The notes under the pieces were generated by a model. That model searched no databases and had not been told where the DNA came from. It saw only the letters and a program-made list of their open reading frames with translations. Source: Auanema rhodensis (taxonomy: Eukaryota; Animalia; Nematoda). From it: a stretch of 64,000 nt of DNA. Below are positions 58,360-64,000 of this stretch, in pieces. The stretch lies in contig CAXKVF010000075.1 of NCBI GenBank assembly GCA_964057225.1, positions 434,001-498,000 on the forward strand. The letters are read 5' to 3'. Numbering within the stretch: position 1 is the first letter of the stretch; each line of letters begins with the position of its first letter. Made by a program: the position numbers and the translations under genes.

Positions 58360-60470
58360 AACTCGCTTCACGTGAAAGATAAAGAGATGCGGTTTTCAAA
58401 ATTAGATTCCCCATGTCTATATTAGTCTAAAAACAAATTTTTATTGATATTGGTTCATGGTAACCATGACTTTGAAATTTACGTGAACTTTAATTTATGC
58501 TAATTAAATGTACACGTGATGTGCACTTGGTATGTAACTCGCTTCACGTGAAAGATAAAGAGATGCGGTTTTCAAAATTAGATTCCCCATGTCCATATTA
58601 GTCTAAAAACAAATTTTTATTGATATTGGTGCATGGTAACCATGACTTTGAAATTTACGTGAACTTTAAATTATGCTAATTAAATGTACACGTGATGTGC
58701 ACTTGGTATGTAACTCGCTTCACGTGAAAGATAAAGAGATGCGGTTTTCAAAATTAGATTCCCCATGTCCATATTAGTCTAAAAACAAATTTTTATTGAT
58801 ATTGGTGCATGGTAACCATGACTTTGAAATTTACGTGAACTTTAATTTATGCTAATTAAATGTACACGTGATGTGCACTTGGTATGTAACTCGCATCACG
58901 TGAAAGATAAAGAGATGCGGTTTCCAAAATTAGATTCCCCATGTCCATATTAGTCTAAAAACAAATTTTTATTGATATTGGTTCATGGTAACCATGACTT
59001 TGAAATTTACGTGAACTTTAATTTATGCTAATTAAATGTACACGTGATGTGCACTTGGTATGTAACTCGCTTCACGTGAAAGATAAAGAGATGCGGTTTT
59101 CAAAATTAGATTCCCCATGTCCATATTAGTCTAAAAACAAATTTTTATTGATATTGGTGCATGGTAACCATGACTTTGAAATTTACGTTAACTTTAATTT
59201 ATGCTAATTAAATGTACACGTGATGTGCACTTGGTATGTAACTCGCTTCACGTGAAAGATAAAGAGATGCGGTTTTCAAAATTAGATTCCCCATGTCCAT
59301 ATTAGTCAAAAAACAAATTTTTATTGATATTGGTGCATGGTAACCATGACTTTGAAGTTTACGTGAACTTTAATTTATGCTAATTAAATGTACACGTGAT
59401 GTGCACTTGGTATGTAACTCGCTTCACGTGAAAGATAAAGAGATGCGGTTTTCAAAATTAGATTCCCCATGTCTATATTAGTCTAAAAACAAATTTTTAT
59501 TGATATTGGTTCATGGTAACCATGACTTTGAAATTTACGTGAACTTTAATTTATGCTAATTAAATGTACACGTGATGTGCACTTGGTATGTAACTCGCTT
59601 CACGTGAAAGATAAAGAGATGCGGTTTTCAAAATTAGATTCCCCATGTCCATATTAGTCTAAAAACAAATTTTTATTGATATTGGTGCATGGTAACCATG
59701 ACTTTGAAATTTACGTGAACTTTAAATTATGCTAATTAAATGTACACGTGATGTGCACTTGGTATGTAACTCGCTTCACGTGAAAGATAAAGAGATGCGG
59801 TTTTCAAAATTAGATTCCCCATGTCCATATTAGTCTAAAAACAAATTTTTATTGATATTGGTGCATGGTAACCATGACTTTGAAATTTACGTGAACTTTA
59901 ATTTATGCTAATTAAATGTACACGTGATGTGCACTTGGTATGTAACTCGCATCACGTGAAAGATAAAGAGATGCGGTTTCCAAAATTAGATTCCCCATGT
60001 CCATATTAGTCTAAAAACAAATTTTTATTGATATTGGTTCATGGTAACCATGACTTTGAAATTTACGTGAACTTTAATTTATGCTAATTAAATGTACACG
60101 TGATGTGCACTTGGTATGTAACTCGCTTCACGTGAAAGATAAAGAGATGCGGTTTTCAAAATTAGATTCCCCATGTCCATATTAGTCTAAAAACAAATTT
60201 TTATTGATATTGGTGCATGGTAACCATGACTTTGAAATTTACGTTAACTTTAATTTATGCTAATTAAATGTACACGTGATGTGCACTTGGTATGTAACTC
60301 GCTTCACGTGAAAGATAAAGAGATGCGGTTTTCAAAATTAGATTCCCCATGTCCATATTAGTCAAAAAACAAATTTTTATTGATATTGGTGCATGGTAAC
60401 CATGACTTTGAAGTTTACGTGAACTTTAATTCATGCTAATTAAATGTACACGTGATGTGCACTTGGTATG
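58360..60470. repeat. Tandem duplication of a 6-monomer (1056-bp) block
   Basis: Six SNP pairs offset by 1056: 58418/59474, 58895/59951, 58924/59980, 59189/60245, 59308/60364, 59357/60413. Confidence 0.93.
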
Positions 60471-60594
60471 TAACTCGCTTCACGTGAAAGATAAAGAGAT
60501 GCGGTTTTCAAAATTAGATTCCCGTGATGTGCACTTGGTATGTAACTCGCTTCACGTGAAAGATAAAAAGATGCGGTTTTCAAAATTAGATTCT
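60451..60594 (+). repeat. Truncated 72-bp unit (104-bp deletion, or equivalently a 72-bp duplication of monomer positions 87-158)
   Basis: Junction ...TAGATTCC|CGTGATGTGC... at 60522/60523. Successive CACGTGAA motifs at 60481 and 60553 are 72 bp apart. Confidence 0.95.
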
Positions 60595-62643
60595 CCATGT
60601 CCATATTAGTCTAAAAACAAATTTTTATTGATATTGGTGCATGGTAACCATGACTTTGAAATTTACGTGAACTTTAATTTATGCTAATTAAATGTACACG
60701 TGATGTGCACTTGGTATGTAACTCGCTTCGCGTGAAAGATAAAGAGATGCGGTTTTCAAAATTAGATTCCCCATGTCCATATTAGTCTAAAAACAAATTT
60801 TTATTGATATTGGTGCATGGTAACCATGACTTTGAAATTTACGTGAACTTTAATTTATGCTAATTAAATGTACACGTGATGTGCACTTGGTATGTAACTC
60901 GCTTCACGTGAAAGATAAAGAGATGCGGTTTTCAAAATTAGATTCCCCATGTCCATATTAGTCTAAAAACAAATTTTTATTGATATTGGTGCATGGTAAG
61001 CATGACTTTGAAATTTACGTGAACTTTAAATTATGCTAATTAAATGTACACGTGATGTGCACTTGGTATGTAACTCGCTTCACGTGAAAGATAAAGAGAT
61101 GCGGTTTTCAAAATTAGATTCCCCATGTCCATATTAGTCTAAAAACAAATTTTTATTGATATTGGTTCATGGTAACCATGACTTTGAAATTTACGTGAAC
61201 TTTAATTTATGCTAATTAAATGTACACGTGATGTGCACTTGGTATGTAACTCGCTTCACGTGAAAGATAAAGAGATGCGGTTTTCAAAATTAGATTCCCC
61301 ATGTCCATATTAGTCTAAAAACAAATTTTTATTGATATTGGTGCATGGTAAGCATGACTTTGAAATTTACGTGAACTTTAAATTATGCTAATTAAATGTA
61401 CACGTGATGTGCACTTGGTATGTAACTCGCTTCACGTGAAAGATAAAGAGATGCGGTTTTCAAAATTAGATTCCCCATGTCCATATTAGTCTAAAAACAA
61501 ATTTTTATTGATATTGGTTCATGGTAACCATGACTTTGAAATTTACGTGAACTTTAATTTATGCTAATTAAATGTACACGTGATGTGCACTTGGTATGTA
61601 ACTCGCTTCACGTGAAAGATAAAGAGATGCGGTTTTCAAAATTAGATTCCCCATGTCCATATCAGTCTAAAAACAAATTTTTATTGATATTGGTGCATGG
61701 TAACCATGACTTTGAAATTTACGTGAACTTTAAATTATGCTAATTAAATGTACACGTGATGTGCACTTGGTATGTAACTCGCTTCACGTGAAAGATAAAG
61801 AGATGCGGTTTTCAAAATTAGATTCCCCATGTCCATATTAGTCTAAAAACAAATTTTTTTTGATATTGGTTCATGGTAACCATGACTTTGAAATTTACGT
61901 GAACTTTAATTTATGCTAATTAAATGTACACGTGATGTGCACTTGGTATGTAACTCGCTTCACGTGAAAGATAAAGAGATGCGGTTTTCAAAATTAGATT
62001 CCCCATGTCCATATTAGTCTAAAAACAAATTTTTATTGATATTGGTGCATGGTAACCATGACTTTGAAATTTACGTGAACTTTAAATTATGCTAATTAAA
62101 TGTACACGTGATGTGCACTTGGTATGTAACTCGCTTCACGTGAAAGATAAAGAGATGCGGTTTTCAAAATTAGATTCCCCATGTCCATATTAGTCTAAAA
62201 ACAAATTTCTATTGATATTGGTTCATGGTAACCATGACTTTGAAATTTACGTGAACTTTAATTTATGCTAATTAAATGTACACGTGATGTGCACTTGGTA
62301 TGTAACTCGCTTCACGTGAAAGATAAAGAGATGCGGTTTTCAAAATTAGATTCCCCATGTCCATATTAGTCTAAAAACAAATTTTTATTGATATTGGTGC
62401 ATGGTAACCATGACTTTGAAATTTACGTGAACTTTAATTTATGCTAATTAAATGTACACGTGATGTGCACTTGGTATGTAACTCGCTTCACGTGAAAGAT
62501 GAAGAGATGCGGTTTTCAAAATTAGATTCCCCATGTCCATATTAGTCTAAAAACAAATTTTTATTGATATTGGTGCATGGTAACCATGACTTTGAAATTT
62601 ACGTGAACTTTAATTTATGCTAATTAAATGTACACGTGATGTG

Positions 62644-62744
62644 CACTTGGTATGTAACTCGCTTCACGTGAAAGATAAAGAGATGCGGTTATTGATACAC
62701 TTGGTATGTAACTCGCTTCACGTGAAAGATAAAGAGATGCGGTT
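62644..62744 (+). repeat. Truncated 54-bp unit (net 122-bp loss) with a complex junction
   Basis: ...GATGCGGTT|ATTGATA|CACTTGG... at 62682-62704. Successive CACGTGAA motifs at 62665 and 62719 are 54 bp apart. Confidence 0.95.
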
Positions 62745-64000
62745 CTCAAAAGTAGATTCCCCATGTCCATATTAGTCTAAAAACAAATTTTTATTGATAT
62801 TGGTGCATGGTAACCATGACTTTGAAATTTACGTGAACTTTAATTTATGCTAATTGAATGTACACGTGATGTGCACTTGGTATGTAACTCGCTTCACGTG
62901 AAAGATAAAGAGATGCGGTTCTCAAAATTAGATTCCCCATGTCCATATTAGTCTAAAAACAAATTTTTATTGATATTGGTGCATGGTAACCATGACTTTG
63001 AAATTTACGTGAACTTTAATTTATGCTAATTGAATGTACACGTGATGTGCACTTGGTATGTAACTCGCTTCACGTGAAAGATAAAGAGATGCGGTTTTCA
63101 AGATTAGATTCCCCATGTCCATATTAGTCTAAAAACAAATTTTTATTGATATTGGTTCATGGTAACCATGACTTTGAAATTTACGTGAACTTTAATTTAT
63201 GCTAATTAAATGTACACGTGATGTGCACTTGGTATGTAACTCGCTTCACGTGAAAGATAAAGAGATGCGGTTTTCAAAATTAGATTCCCCATGTCCATAT
63301 TAGTCTAAAAACAAATTTTTATTGATATTGGTTCATGGTAACCATGACTTTGAAATTTACGTGAACTTTAATTTATGCTAATTAAATGTACACGTGATGT
63401 GCACTTGGTATGTAACTCGCTTCACGTGAAAGATAAAGAGATGCGGTTTTCAAAATTAGATTCCCCATGTCCATATTAGTCTAAAAACAAATTTTTATTG
63501 ATATTGGTTCATGGTAACCATGACTTTGAAATTTACGTGAACTTTAATTTATGCTAATTAAATGTACACGTGATGTGCACTTGGTATGTAACTCGCTTCA
63601 CGTGAAAGATAAAGAGATGCGGTTTTCAAAATTAGATTCCCCATGTCCATATTAGTCTAAAAACAAATTTTTATTGATATTGGTGCATGGTAACCATGAT
63701 TTTGAAATTTACGTGAACTTTAATTTATGCTAATTAAATGTACACGTGATGTGCACTTGGTATGTAACTCGCTTCACGTGAAAGATAAAGAGATGCGGTT
63801 TTCAAAATTAGATTCCCCATGTCCATATTAGTCTAAAAACAAATTTTTATTGATATTGGTTCATGGTAACCATGACTTTGAAATTTACGTGAACTTTAAT
63901 TTATGCTAATTAAATGTACACGTGATGTGCACTTGGTATGTAACTCGCTTCACGTGAAAGATAAAAAGATGCGGTTTTCAAAATTAGATTCCCCATGTCC

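Larger units (their letters stand above)
1..64000. repeat. 176-bp tandem satellite DNA array (~365 monomers), candidate centromeric/pericentromeric satellite; extends beyond both window edges
   Basis: AAAAACAAAT recurs at 1, 177, 353 and onward (period 176) in a single orientation through the whole window. The phase shifts only at four 1-bp deletions (~20397, ~27260, ~43128, ~45239) and two truncated monomers (~60523, ~62690). The centromeric role is inferred only from monomer length, AT content and homogeneity. Confidence 0.99.

Noticed and set aside
15557-61743. Eight near-identical 60-aa ORFs (MLIKCTRDVH...)
   Set aside because: Each is one monomer in which a SNP changed the single in-frame TAG to TGG, CAG or AAG. 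The other ~355 copies keep the stop. The period 176 is not a multiple of 3, the stop TAA overlaps the next copy's ATGCTAA, and I recognise no domain. Not called as CDS.
1-64000. Tandem gene array with stop-codon readthrough or TAG reassignment
   Set aside because: One stop in one of six frames of a 176-bp unit is plausible by chance. Variants show no visible synonymous bias, and there is no intergenic space for promoters or terminators.
1-64000. CRISPR array
   Set aside because: There are no unique spacers: the whole 176-bp unit is repeated, and no cas genes or leader are present.
1-64000. Single fixed-period higher-order repeat, or an apparent 880/2640-bp periodicity
   Set aside because: The visual recurrence every 880 or 2640 bp comes from 176 versus the 10/60-base text layout. 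SNP-defined offsets vary from 1 to 40 monomers.

Overview
The whole 64 kb window is one uninterrupted, head-to-tail tandem satellite array of a 176-bp, AT-rich monomer (about 32% GC: 56 of 176 consensus bases). It contains no genes, RNA genes, transposon insertions, inversions or CRISPR spacers. Consensus, phased at position 1: AAAAACAAATTTTTATTGATATTG[G/C]T[T/G]CATGGTAACCATGACTTTGAAATTTACGTGAACTTTAATTTATGCTAATTAAATGTACACGTGATGTGCACTTGGTATGTAACTCGCTTCACGTGAAAGATAAAGAGATGCGGTTTTCAAAATTAGATTCCCCATGTCCATATTAGTCT. The phase accounts exactly: 64000 + 4x1 bp + 104 bp + 122 bp of deletions = 364 x 176 + 166. That gives about 365 monomer positions and only six net length changes. Most copies differ from consensus by 0-3 substitutions. 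Nucleosome-sized length, AT richness and high homogeneity resemble a eukaryotic (peri)centromeric satellite. This is inference: I do not recognise the family or the organism. The real structure is in the rare variants. They show nested, variable-size block duplications (5, 6, 8, 12, 14, 18 and 36-40 monomers), non-adjacent copying over 7-14 kb, regional variant domains, and two truncated monomers near the right end, one with a complex templated junction. The eight 60-aa ORFs are artefacts of SNPs that remove a single TAG. I found no evidence of a novel protein-coding system.
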